Shown one piece after another: positions 32,445 through 45,933 of a stretch of 64,000 nucleotides of DNA. Source of the stretch: the human T2T-CHM13v2.0 reference genome, Homo sapiens; assembly GCF_009914755.1 (NCBI RefSeq), contig NC_060930.1. One strand, written 5' to 3'. Within the stretch, counting starts at the first letter, position 1. The number at the start of each line of letters is the position of its first letter. A model generated the notes under the pieces. That model ran no database searches, was not told where the DNA came from, and saw nothing but the letters and a program-made list of their open reading frames with translations. Both the position numbers and the translations under genes were made by a program.

Positions 32445-33739
32445 AGCCATTTCCCTCACCAGCTGAAATCATCTTGTCTCTATCCCTGAGCTTTATGGAA
32501 CTAATATGCAGCAGCTAATATATTTTATCTGAAGAGGAAATCCCCTGTCTCCGATGGACCTGACTTCTTCATTTCCTGTGAATAGCAGAGCTATCTGCAT
32601 CTGTAGGGTCTCAGGACCATGTTGAGAATATTTGTCTACCTCTGCTGGAAGCCCTTCTGATTAGTCAGGCTCCTTGAGTTGGAAACATAAGGATTTATAA
32701 TGAAAAAGAGTCACACAGTAAAAACAGAAAGAATGAAAAGAAAACAAACCAATAAAGAACCTATCCTATCATAACATTTGAGGTTCTGGTATTTGCTGGC
32801 TTTGGAGGGAGTTCAAAATAAATGAAAGAAATGTGTATTTTATTAAATGCTAATATTTAGAAGATGTGGTGGAAAAAAGAAAGATAAATGTTTCCAATCA
32901 TATTTGCAAATATGAGGCATCTCCTACCCCTTTCACAATGGTTAGGTATTTTCCTTGCATTTGAGCAACCTACATGGTTTTGGAAGTAATGCCTGGAACT
33001 AGCCAAAAAAATTGTACTAGGAGTAGCATGTGAATCTAACCAACAGAGATTGCACCACATTATGCTCTCAGCCTAGATCACAGTAAAATAATAAGCTTTA
33101 TCTAGTCGAGTTGTAGCTGCCACCCAACTTCCTCCACAGAAAGGGCCTATTGCTTCTGACTCCACATAGACCAGTCTATAATAAACTCTATCCTTTCCTT
33201 GCAACATCTGCTGTCGTTAACATGATCTCTGTTTGTCTTGAAGTATAAATAGGCCCCAAATTTCAAAAGTTCAGAACACACTGAACCGTAACCACATAGC
33301 TTCTTCCTTTTCTTCTTGGTAAGAGCCTTATCCCTCTCTTGGGTTTTGGAATTCATTTTAAAAACAACAATGAAATAAAGTGGAGAGGAAGAAGATTTGG
33401 AGGGTCAGAAGTACTCAAGGGGGTCAGAAATGAAGACTTCCCTTTGTTTTTGTTTTTAGTATTTTTGTAATAATACAGGTTGACCATGAATTTAAACCAT
33501 TTCTTGTATACCCTTTTATCCATACTAAAGTGAGGAGTTTATCATCAATATAAGTCAAAAGAAGAAACTAATTTTAATATTGATTATTTTTATTCAGTAC
33601 TCAAAGTGGTTTACAAGGTTCAGATATACCATTTGTTTTATTTTGCTTGAACAAAACATTTGTAATTAATGCACTTCTTTCAAAAAGAGAAAACAGGTGA
33701 TTCTTATCTTTCCTCTGATGTAGGGTATTGATAAAGGGC

Positions 33740-33910
33740 AAAGCACTGAGGCCTGACAGCCCTGTATTACCAGCCTAGCCCTGCGATCAAGCAAATTGAC
33801 TTCACATCTCTGAAATTCAACTTACTCCTCTAAAACGTGGATGAAATCAGTAATATTTTCATAGTACTGTTAAAGTAGTAGATGCAATAATGCATGTGAA
33901 ATGTTTGATA
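33740..33910 (+). mobile_element. MIR SINE
   Basis: gcaaattgacttcacatctctgaaattcaacttactcctctaaaa...aataatgcatgtgaaatgttt. Confidence 0.6.
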
Positions 33911-34966
33911 TGTGTGTTTAATAAATAATAGATAATGATTTTCCAAAGGCATAATTGGATCTTCCAATGTGACTGACAAAGCTTTATGATCCAGTTATCT
34001 AACTAAATCAGATATAGACGGAAATCAGTTTCATATGTATCTCCAGCTGAGAGGTTAAAACAGATAAAATGATTAGAAGAGTATCTAGCAGGTTGTAAAC
34101 ACTTGATAAATGTTAGCTATTCATCACTATCATTATTAATATATCATTAATAATGTATAATTATTCATATTATTGTAATCAGTTTACTGAATGGCCTGGG
34201 CTCAGCAGGTGCAAGAGAGGAAATTTAGTCTTTCTAACCAATTCGTATTTAACTCATACTGTCAAATGATTTTTCTTAGATCCTGGATAAAACTCTAAGC
34301 AGATGACATAACTTTTTTGAATACTTTCAAATATGAAAAATTCCAGTGCAATCTAATGCAATCTCAAATCCTTTTGAAAATTTCTTCCTTCCCTCAGCCC
34401 AAGCCTGCCTCAGGCTGGAAAATCTGTGATGGGGAAAAAAAGTTTGGTTGGCTTTGGATCATTTTCCTTGACTCCTCCTCCTCTACTCACTATGAAGCCT
34501 CTGGTTCTCCAGGGTTGAGCATAGGGCCTGGAGTTGAGAGAGGGAAGGGCAATGTAAGACAGAAAAGATCTGCCGTGAGTAAGAACATTGATAATCTAGC
34601 TTTGATTTTTGCAGATTTATATCTAGCTTTGATTTTTTGTGAGTTTTGCAGATATCTGAAACTGACTCCTTTTGGAGTCAGGCCCTTCTGCAGGTTCTGC
34701 AGAGATTTACACTCAAGATATGCAGCTGCTTGCCTGGCATGGACAATACCTGTTCCTTCTGGCTATTTAAGATTTCTCTGGTAGACTCTAGTGTCCAAGT
34801 TCAACCCTGCACTTGAGGTCACCTCACTCCTCTTGTATGGGTCTCTGTTAAAATGAGCCATGATACACTCCCCTAACAGACACATATCTGGTCTACAGTT
34901 GGCCAGGTATCTTTGCTCAGAAAGCTGAGCAAAGTGGAACCCTCTTTAGCACAACTAGTCTCTCAC

Positions 34967-35034
34967 CTGTAGACTCTTCTTCTTCAGGAATTGCATCAGA
35001 CAATTCCTGTCTATCTGTAAACTCCTTAGTGGTG
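34967..35034 (-). other. Candidate 68-nt exon on the minus strand (speculative)
   Basis: Minus: gaatttttctttaaag|CACCAC...CTACAG|gtgaga; contains GAAGAAGAAG (ESE-like); two open frames. Confidence 0.25.
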
Positions 35035-35137
35035 CTTTAAAGAAAAATTCATTGGTGTGAGATATGAGGGCAAGCACTATGCTCTTCCTCATCATAGAAG
35101 AGATGAAGAATTCATAACACATTGAGAAAAAAAAATT

Positions 35138-35461
<324 letters not shown>

Positions 35462-35585
35462 CTACCTTCCAATGAACACTCACCTTTCTTACATACCATG
35501 GAAGTGCATGACGGGCCAGATGAGCAGAAGCCACACTAAGTTTTAACCACTTCCTTTGCAAGATCATTATAAGTGGTCTTAGTTT

Positions 35586-35790
35586 ACACTGTCCAACACA
35601 GTAGCCACTTACCGTATATGGCTATGTAAATTTAAATTTTAATAAAAATAAAATAAATGATTCAGTTCCTCGATCTCATTAGTCCTATTTCACATGCTCA
35701 ATACCTACCTGTGGCTAGCAGGCTACCATATTGGATAGAACCAATATAGAACGTTCCATCACTGTAAAAAGATACACAGGCAGAGCCAGA
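35586..35790 (-). mobile_element. MER3 (hAT-Charlie)
   Basis: ctgtccaacacagtagccact...ttcagttcctc...gtggctagcaggctaccatattgga...agaacgttccatcact. Confidence 0.8.
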
Positions 35791-35996
35791 ACTCTGGAAC
35801 CTCACTTCAGAAGGTGAATGTTTTGTTATCTATTTTTTTGTTCTCAGATCTTCTCAGATCTTGGGCCCTCTGTTGAAGTTTCAATACCAGAGGAAAAAAA
35901 TCACATTTACCAATCTGTTACATAGTAAGTAAAGTTTTAGCATCTGAGTTCTGGCTAGGAATATGTCTGAACACATGAATACAAGACCATTTTCAC

Positions 35997-36056
35997 AATT
36001 ATTTCCAATATTTTATTGGAATTTTCACAAATTCCAATAAAATATTGGAAATAATT
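35997..36056. repeat. Perfect inverted repeat, 28-bp arms, 4-nt loop
   Basis: aattatttccaatattttattggaattt-tcac-aaattccaataaaatattggaaataatt. Confidence 0.97.
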
Positions 36057-36239
36057 AATTAGAATTATTAAGATTGAGCCTTAAGTCTAAAAAAAGTCCA
36101 CTCCGGCAGAGTAACCATCTCCATCCTTCCTAACCCCATGACGGAACACAGAAGAGCCTCTACCAAAGCTAGTCTCCTTTATACTTGTGGTCTTTCCTAG
36201 TTTAGGAATTGTCTCTCTTTTTTTTCTGAAAGCAACTTC

Positions 36240-36365
36240 CAAAACTAGGCAGAACAGTTATTATCATGCCCATTTTTCCAATGAGGAAATGGACTCAGGG
36301 AGCATAAATGAACTTGCCCAAGTTTACAGAGCCAGTAACTGGGAAAGTCAGGTATTCCCAACTCC
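36240..36365 (-). mobile_element. MIR SINE
   Basis: cccatttttccaatgaggaaatggactcagggagcataaatgaacttgcccaag. Confidence 0.75.
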
Positions 36366-37597
36366 CCTCCTTCATTATGCTTCTTCCTGAAAAGCAGGAA
36401 AAATTCAAAATATAAATTCCTTCTAACATGCAGAGAAAGCAGGAATTCAAAATTGAACCACTGTCAAAGGCCACCGCAATTTTGATTTATCACTCATGTA
36501 TATTCTTCCAGATACCTAGTATGCCTAGAATTAAAATTAAAGGCTATTTTATTAGCAAAGTATTGAGAACAACCTGGTCTGATGAAGACCATGAAACACA
36601 CACTAGAGCCTTTCCATGTCCCTGAACAAAATTGGGAAATGGGTTTTGGTCTTTTTGAGCACATTTCTGCTTTGTCTTTTTGTATCTTCATGTCATTTAC
36701 TCAACAACATTAACAGAGTCAGTGCCCACCACTTGGGAGGACATGGGAAGAAATGTAGCACCTACTAGAAAGAGACATTTAAACACAGATTAGGGTGAGG
36801 AATGTCACCGACACTGATACTCATCTACACAGAGGAGCTGTTTGTTCATGTTTTTGTAACCAGGCTTAACAAAGAAGAAAAATAAGAAGAAATGCATAGG
36901 AATGAGAAACAGCAAATTCAAGACAGTTATATCTGAGAAAGGACAGGGAAGGAAATTCAAATGGAGTCCGGAAGCCCAGAGTCCAGAAGTCCAAACTGTC
37001 TTCAGAAGTTGGGAAAGTTTTACTTCTAGAGATGGATACTGGCTATGTGGGTGTTCATTATACTATTAAAAAGTGGAATTCTTCAAAATCAATTTAAAAA
37101 AAATTTAAAAAGTTACTAAAGGCACATTTGCTAAAACAGATTATTTCTGCAGTTCTTTTGGTCTCATTTGTTGAAAGAAAATTGTACTTGTAGTGTTTGA
37201 AGTATTTTTGTATAATAAGGCCAAGAGAAGACCAAAAGCTAGAATGTTCTGTGAATAAGGCTGGCTTTGCCTAGATGTACTAATAAAAGAGAGATGTGAA
37301 ATTAAAATAATATTCATTTAGCTTAACCCCAGCCTTCATATGAGTCATTAGCACACTCTTGATCTAGGTGGAGGAGCTAAGGGGACATAAATCAATTATC
37401 TGAAAATATTACAAAAGCATTATCAACTTTAAAAAGCTTTCAAAATTGTAAATACACAAATGTAATACAATGGTTTAGGTTCATTAATAGGCAGAGGCAC
37501 CAAGAAGGGGTGCCCATTCTCACTTCAGGGTCACAAAAGGCTTCATAGAGTCCCTCCCTTAGTGGGCCTTAAGTGCTGATTAGAGTCCTGCGTGTTG

Positions 37598-38142
37598 TGT
37601 AGCCACTGCTTGGCTGCCCCACATGTCTTTGCTCCCCTTTCTTCTGGTTATGGATCCTGACCTCTGGCCACAAGAGTATATGTATAACTGAGTTCCAGCC
37701 AGTCATATTCCCTTATTCCATTGGACTCAGGGATTGGTCCTGAAGTGGGTGTAACAGCCAAAGAGAATTTATCAGTATTTCCCTGGGCCTGATATACAGA
37801 CATCAGGAGAAAAAAATTCTTTGTCACCTGAGATGACTAAACTGGGTTTACTGAGGCAGTACCATCACCCCCCTCCAACCACATGTAGGATAAGCCCTTT
37901 GACAGCAGAAGGAAATAAGGCCAAGAGTCATAAGGAGCAGAGGCAAGCAGAAAAGAAAAAGAGAGAGGGCAAATAGCATTGAACCCTTGACACTAATCCT
38001 GGTAGTCCAAGGCCATGGTTCTTCCAGCTCCTTCTTCAACTGTGTTAGGTGTTGCACTATCCTTCCCAGAGGCACAAGCCAAATACTTATGTGTTGCTTA
38101 AGGTTCTTAGAGTTGTGACTCTCTTCCTTGTCCTGATTAATG
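37598..38142 (+). mobile_element. MLT1 (K/L-like) MaLR LTR
   Basis: tgtagcc...ccctttcttctggtta...ggattggtcc...aggccaag...ttgcttaag...tcctgattaat. Confidence 0.65.
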
Positions 38143-38782
<640 letters not shown>

Positions 38783-40264
38783 TATTTTGAGTAAGCAATC
38801 CGTCAATAGGCAGGGAAAGGAAGGAGACACTGGGAAGAGAGTGGAAGGGACACAGGCATGAAGGTATGAAATAGTGTTAGAGAAGAAGGTAGCCTGAGTT
38901 CAAAAAGATGGATCTCTTAAAAAATAAAGCCAGTGACGTAGGCAAAGGCCAAGCCAAGAAGACCTTGTTTTGCCTTGACCCTCATCACAAGTATCTTCCA
39001 CTTGAGTCTCATTTCCAAAAGGCCTTTCTCTCAACACAGTATTCCAGCATAGACACCTTTGGCTAAGGAAGCCTTGCTAAATGGTTTTATTCTAATGGTT
39101 AACAACTTTTGCTTCATCTCAGATCACTGACATTTTCATAATGGTCTGCTCAAGACAAAACAATTTTTTAATATACGTAATGGATCAATCTTTTCTGTTG
39201 GAACTTAAGGCCTGAGGGCAGGTGAGCTGATTAGACATTGCAGGGGAAAAAGCACTTCCCTTATCCCTTCAAATCATGCCCTGTGGACCACGGTTTACTA
39301 GGCCTACAAGCCAGTCTTACTTTCTCTCTCTGACTGCTCTTTCACTGTGTCCAATTTGCCACATTATCGCAATGAGGGGTGGCGTTCTCCTGTGTCCTAG
39401 AAACCTTAAGCACACTTATTCTATCATGATTATTTCTCCTGGGAAAAGAAAATGTGGAAAATGTGTCTTACGTTTCAACTAAATCACAAAATACTGTCAC
39501 AGCCTATAAATGTGAGTTGTCACTATTGCGTAGGAGGTATAATTTCTAAAGGGTACATAGAAATATTTAGAATTCCTTTTCATTGTATCTACTTCAAGTT
39601 TAAGCAATCAGGATATTACTGATGAGATCTGAAGTTGGGCACAGAGAGATTATACCACTATACTATGTCACATTCATTAAATAACTTGTACTATTTGTTA
39701 TCTGATCTATAGATAAATAGAGATGGTCTCAATGAAAGTGATTTATGATATTTCCAGTTTCTTTCACATAAAATGGAATAACTATAAATGGAGATATAAT
39801 CAAATAAAAAAGCATGGAAATGACATTTAAATTTGATAATGCAATTTGATGTGATCATATGTGCAAGTATACTGCATCAAGACAAAAGGAAATACCAGAG
39901 CAATCATCATGCGTTCAGAGTTTATTTCACATTTATGTTGTAAGAAATTATCATTTAAGTACCTATAATATGGCACAGGGGTTATATATTTTTGTACTTA
40001 AACTGTTTTGATATTTCATGGCTTTATTTAATTCAGAATATAGTCCACACAGGCTTGGGAACAACATCCTAGCTGGCTAGGATGTCTGGATACTAATATA
40101 TTAACATGACAGCTTCATGAAAATATACAAGAAACAGCCAATTTTAAGTGCATATATAATATAAATATATTTAGTTTGAATATCAACTATTAAAGCTTCT
40201 AAAACAAGCAGTGTAGTATAATAAAGAGTGTGCCAAATTAAGAGTTAGATCATGTTTAAGACAA

Positions 40265-40378
40265 TTTTTTTTTTCTTGAGACAGGGTCTCACTCTGTTGC
40301 TCAGGCTAGAGTGCAGTGGCACAATCACGGCTCACTGCAGCCTTGACCTCCTGGGCTCCAGCAATCCTCTCACCTCAG
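40265..40378 (-). mobile_element. AluJ right-arm fragment
   Basis: gagacagggtctcactctgttgctcaggctagagtgcagtggcacaatcacggctcactgcagcc. Confidence 0.88.
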
Positions 40379-40420
40379 GTAGGCAATCCTTCTTATGGTC
40401 AAAAAGGAAATCACTTAGTA

Positions 40421-40647
40421 CAGGGTTTCTCACCCTTGCCTATTGACATTTTGTACTGGATGATTATCGGTTGAAAGGTGCTATACTGTGCATTGTAGGA
40501 TGTTTTACAGCCTTCCTGGTCTCTACCCACTACATGCCAGTAGCACCCCTCCAGTTGGGACAAACAAAAATGTCATCAAATACTGCCAAACTTCCCCTGG
40601 CAGCAAAATTAATCATTGACAGCCTCTCCCCACATTGAGAAACACTG
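40421..40647 (-). mobile_element. MER20 (hAT-Charlie)
   Basis: Both TIRs visible (cagggtttctca / tgagaaacactg); gcattgtaggatgttt...ctctacccactacatgccagtagcaccc. Confidence 0.88.
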
Positions 40648-41229
40648 ACTTGGAGAGGTTTTATGAGACCCCAAATGTGTTACTGTTTTTATAAGTTGTA
40701 AATTATCTTACAAATATGTTATCTCTTTATACAATGACTAATTTTCCAATCTATAATTTGACAAATTATATTATATATTGTACAATAAATGGCACTGCTT
40801 TCTAATAGCAAAAACTTTATTATGCTGTTGGCAAAATTTATAAACAAAGCAAGGTCTGGCAGCTCTTCAAAAACAGGATCATTCTTTATTCACATTTTTT
40901 TAGCCCCAGCACCTAATACATTTCCTGACATATATGCCATGTCTCCATAAATCTTTTGTGAATGAAAAAGAAAGTCTTAAAAGAGATTTTACTATGCATA
41001 TTTTTAAGAATGCTTTAACTTTAATAGGTACCAATGAATTACACATAGTTGGCAGTCTAACCACTAAAAAAGCTTTCAGATGTGTGTGCATGGAGGCAGG
41101 GTAAAGGGGGCACATTGCAAAATGGCAAAAAATATCCTAAATCAATTCTATTATCCATTATGCTTTTCTATCTTGTGTGAAATATTTTCAAAATTTCAGA
41201 AAATTAACAAAATCTTCACTGCTACCAGA

Positions 41230-41796
41230 GTAATCAACATCACCACCATGGATCACTGAGATAGAACTGCTAATTCAGCTCTCTCTTACCCACTCTTGCA
41301 AACCTTCCAGAGTTTTAAAAATGAGAAGTAAGTTATATCAGTCTCCTCTGCAAAGAAAAAAGGAAAATCTCATTTTCTTCAAATGTCCCACAGGGCTCCT
41401 CAGGAACCAACTCTCATCCACATATCCAGCCTCATCTCAGGCTGCTCATTTGCACGGCACCCTTGTTCAGTCCCTACAGCCTGCTTTCCTCCAGTGCCCA
41501 GGCTCTTTCTTACTTGGGGTTTCCACACAGACTGCTCACTCAGCTGTGAGTGGAAGTGGAAAGCGTTTCCCTCCATGCTTTTTCTGGCCAACTCTTACTC
41601 AATTTTGGTTTCAGTTTAAACGCACTTCCAAGAGCCACCTGCCTTGACAACTCACATTGTCCCCACCACCACTATTCTAAATTTTGATGCACTTATAGCA
41701 CTCCTATTTTTTTTTCATTATATAGCATTTATCATATTTAGGATATTATTCATATATACCTATTTACCTATTTATAATTATACATTTGTGTGTGTA

Positions 41797-41848
<52 letters not shown>

Positions 41849-41998
41849 CAATTTATCTCTTTTTGTTGATTCTCCCTAATAAGAAATGAGGGCAGAGATT
41901 ATGTCATTTTGTACATACAGCATTTATTACAATACTTGGCATACAGTAAATGCCCAATAAGTATCTGTTGAAGAAATGAGTTAATAAATGAGTAAATG
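41230..41998 (+). mobile_element. L2 3' end containing a (TG)n/(TA)n microsatellite (41787-41848)
   Basis: ttggcatacagtaaatgcccaataagtatctgttgaagaaatga terminus. Confidence 0.75.
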
Positions 41999-42178
41999 TC
42001 ACATTGACTTTATGAAGGAAAAGATCTGGCAGCAAAGGTAGCAATTTTAGGATAGAAAGGAAATGATAACATGGGTAAGGGAAGTATTTGAGGGTCAATA
42101 AGGCTCTGGGGGAACCAATTCCTCAAATCACACTGTATCTGTAACTATTTCCTCCATCAGTGCACAAGAATGGCACAC

Positions 42179-42292
42179 TGTTCCAATAATGGAACACTGG
42201 GCACATGGGAGTTATTTATATCCTACTGCTTAAGGTCATGGCCAAGGTCTGATTTTGCAATTCAAAAAATTGCAACCTCCAGCATAAATGGG
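42179..42292 (+). mobile_element. MER85 (PGBD3-derived piggyBac MITE), left TIR missing
   Basis: gggagttatttatatcctactgcttaaggtcatggccaaggtctgatt...caaaaaattgcaacctccagcataaatggg followed by tta(t). Confidence 0.88.
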
Positions 42293-42306
42293 TTATCTTT
42301 ACCACA

Positions 42307-42498
42307 CCAATATTCTTGGTAATAAACTTACATTTATGTTCTTTCTTTACCAATATTATTAACAATAACCCACTATTATTGGTATATTAGTATTAGTATA
42401 TTATTGATAATATACCTATATTATTATATTATTAATATACCAATAATAATATATTAATATGCCAATAATAATAATATCTCAATATAATTGGTAAAGAA
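42307..42498. repeat. AT-rich nested inverted/tandem repeat
   Basis: 12-bp and 16-bp perfect stems plus a 22-bp-period tandem repeat. Confidence 0.8.
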
Positions 42499-42599
42499 GA
42501 GAGAAATAAAATAAGGCTTCTCTACCATATTATTTCACCTATCACTTTATTCCAGATAATTTATATCTAGCTGCAATTTATCTCCAAAGCTCTAATTCC

Positions 42600-43430
42600 A
42601 AAGATTTCAACACCACCAATTTAATATCTGAATTGCTCCTCTCTCATATAGTGGGTACCCCAAACTCACTAAAGGCAAAGCTTAAGCAACCATCCTCTTC
42701 TTTCCTACTCCCCCATATCTGCTACTGGAACTTCCATTCCCAAAGATATCCTGACTACGGACAATGGTGTCACTGTTGACACCCTCTCCACAGTCCCCAA
42801 AGTCAGGAGTAAGCAAACTCTATTTCCTCTCTTTTGTATTTCTTTGATCTGTACCATCCTCTCCATTCTGGCTGCCATCAATCTCCTCCCAGTCCTCAAT
42901 CAATTTCTTCTCAATTTGAACAATTGAAACAGTGTCTTAACAAGTCTTTCCATTTGGTCCATGCTCCAACCCATTCTTCACCCTGCTTCCTGCTGCCTCA
43001 TTAATCTTTCAAAGTTCAGCTTCCTATAGGCTCCTCCTCTATTCTGAAATCTTCAAAGCCTGCTCAGTGGTTACTGAAGTAAACAGAAGTACTTTAGTCA
43101 GACATTGAAGGCTCTCCAAAAATATGTCTCCACCCTTCTTTTCTTCTCGGCATGCTTTCCACATTGCATCCAAATGAAAATACCCCACACCTTGTAATAT
43201 CCGAGCTCTTTACTCATGCCCGCCCTCAGTGTGGAGGGTCCTTTTCTCCTTCTGCCAAAATCCCACTAACTTGGAGCTCTCAGAGTACAGATTATACATT
43301 TCTAGGTGCTTATCTTACATTGCTTTATATTACAGTTGGTTACTTGGATTTTCCTTCTTACTGAATTGTTATTTCTTTGAGGTTCAAGGTTGCGTCTCAC
43401 TTATGTCTAAACTCCCCAGAAAGCTTATAT
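42600..43430 (+). mobile_element. L2 (L2c-like), diverged
   Basis: Pyrimidine-rich L2 body ending tttctttgaggttcaaggttgcgtctcacttatgtct. Confidence 0.6.
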
Positions 43431-43449
43431 AAACAAAAGTTTGCACATT

Positions 43450-43690
43450 AAGAAAAAGCATGGGCCCTGAATTCAGATGGACTTGAATGCAAAGCCTGGC
43501 TTTATCACTTGATATAAAAAAGCAAAGGCCCTAAACTCTGTGAGCATTGGTTTCATCATATTTAGAATTGATTAACCAGAGGCTTATTTTCCAAGTTATT
43601 GTAAAGACCTGATCCGTAAAGCATATAACACAATGCAGGCATGCAAGAGGCACCCAGTAAATGGGAGCTATTGGAATAGTAGTAACTATT
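43450..43690 (+). mobile_element. MIR SINE
   Basis: aaagcatgggccctgaattcagatggacttgaatgcaaagcctggc...ggcacccagtaaatgggagctatt. Confidence 0.7.
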
Positions 43691-44861
43691 ACCACATTGT
43701 AATATATAATCAATATATATTGGTTAAATTAAACTAAAATTAACATAATAAATCTTTCCTGCCCTCCAGGAGGATATAATCTAATTGGGGAAAGCCACAT
43801 GCTAATGTAATTAACCATTCTAAGTAAAATGTAACATGAATGAATGGAATCAGCTGTAAGTTCCAAGGTTATGTGAAGAGAAAGACTGACTTCCTCTCAG
43901 GGTGGAGAAGACGTCCCATGAAAAAAACACAGGACCTCTGCAAAGTCTCCTGCAACAGGGAACCACCACAGAAACAGGCCTGCTCTGAACAATAAAGGGT
44001 CATTCTCATTTGTTTTCATTTTTGTTTTCAAATTAGGCATGTTTTAAATGAGTCATTAATCATGTACTTACTTCACTAATTACTCATTTCTTTTCTAGCT
44101 AATTTTTTATTGAAAGGCATCCTAAAACAGGGAGAAAAGATATTGTCTTGAAAAAGAGAATAAAAGTCTGCTCAGAATCACATCTCAGTTTTTTCTCTAA
44201 GACCAAGTGTCAGAATCTGATGTGATAGTCTATATGATCTTAAAGGTGTCCTTTTGCTCTTGGGACCTCTGTGATGTCAGCTCCAACATGGAAAATACAG
44301 GAAACAGCTAGGAAAGACTGTAGTGATGAGTCCCATTTTCAACAGATTCCAAGTGCACACATATGGTCAGTCTAAATAGCTTTCTCCTTAACACAAACAG
44401 AGAAAACCTTGTTAGTGCTCAACCTCCTGCACTATTCATTCCCCAACATGCGTGATCCTGTTTGGAGTTGGGAATGTAGGGAATCTGGCCTTTCTAATTA
44501 CCTGGGTACTGTCACACAGATCAATGTCAGAGTATATACCATAAGACTATTGACTATTGAAGAACAATTCATGGTAAGTAAAGTAATTTTAAGAAAGCTG
44601 GGAAAATGAATTATTGAAAATTTCAAAGTGTGATAACACAACTAACTCCAAAACAGGAAGTGAAAACAAGATTAAAATAAAAATTGATGGTGAAATGTTA
44701 TTTTGGACTAGTTATGTGTGGGTTACCAAGAGTGATTTAAGATATTTTCTTTCCTCTTTCTCCATCTCTCTCAAAAGGAGAAAGGCGAAAGGAAACATCT
44801 TAAATCACCAGGTCTGGGCTTTCCAGATGTAATTCCAGAAAGAGAGAAAGACAGAGAGAGA

Positions 44862-45616
44862 GTTTGGGTACATAGAATGGTACCCCAAAGTATGGTATGA
44901 TGCTTTGGCATACTGAGCACTTTTGAATTAAAATAAATTGAAAAGCCTTAGAAACTGCCTCAGAACCAGGGACTTTCTAAGCTTCTCTTATTTCTACCAC
45001 CTCCCCAACAAGTGTAGAAAGGTATTTGCTCTGGTATCTGAGTGAAGAAACCTTCTTCCAAAAGAAATGCAATTGTCTTAAGATCCCCTTTCTAAGAATC
45101 TTATCAACTAATCAGGAAAAATTAACCACCAGAGAAGAGACTAAAAATTGTCATATGCCCACAAAACCTTTTCACCTATTCTTCTGAGGGCAGCTGCAAA
45201 AGATTACCTGAGAGACTGTATCTGCATAATAAGACAACCTATGTTCACAGTGTACTTTCTCCCCTCACCTTCTTATAACTTGTCCAAAGACTATTGTTTG
45301 TCCTTAGGTCCCATTCAGTGTTCAAAGGGAGTGATTTGCAAACAATTATCTAGTCTTTGAGACCACGTACTCCCCCTAGAAATCATTTACTACTCCTCTA
45401 AACTGCCTATAGCCCCTCATACCACTCTTTCCTATAAAGAAGGTATTTAAGCCATAATCATCTGGCCCTTCTTTGAATCTGATATTCTCTATGGCTCCCA
45501 CTCTTACACACATTAATAAATTTGCATGCCGTTTGTCCTGTTGATCTATTTATTGTCAGCTCACCTCAGTAGACTGGAGCCTTCAGAGGAGGAAGAAAAA
45601 ATCTCTGCACTCTACT
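44862..45616 (+). mobile_element. MER39-family (ERV1) solo LTR
   Basis: taccccaaagtatgg...gctttggcatactgagcactttt...ctgcataataagacaacct...AATAAA 45515-45520. Confidence 0.8.
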
Positions 45617-45620
45617 ATTA

Positions 45621-45660
45621 CTATCTATCTATCTATCCATCTATCTAATCTATCTATATC
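45621..45660. repeat. (TATC)n imperfect tetranucleotide repeat
   Basis: Direct reading. Confidence 0.9.
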
Positions 45661-45680
45661 TTGAAATCTTGGAATCACTG

Positions 45681-45933
45681 TGTATGTTAGTCTGAATAAT
45701 GACCCTAAGATGGCCATGTCCTAAACATCAGTATCTATGAATGTTATCTTATATAGAAAAGGGGACTTTGCAGACATAATTAAGTTAAGGATCTTGAGTG
45801 AGGAGTGTATCATGGATTATCTAGTTGGTAAATGTAATCACAAGTGTCCTTATAAGAAGGAGTCCTAGGGATATTTGACTACAGTAAACGAGAAGGCAAT
45901 ACAATCACAGAGACAGAAATTAAAGTGATGCAG
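45681..45933 (+). mobile_element. MLT1C/D-like LTR, 5' half
   Basis: gggactttgcagacataattaagttaaggatcttgag...atgtaatcacaagtgtccttataaga. Confidence 0.8.

Noticed and set aside
34317-34784. 155-aa plus-strand ORF (also 46083-46520 and 46351-46722)
   Set aside because: No recognisable domain or codon pattern, and several start at non-ATG codons; within chance expectation.
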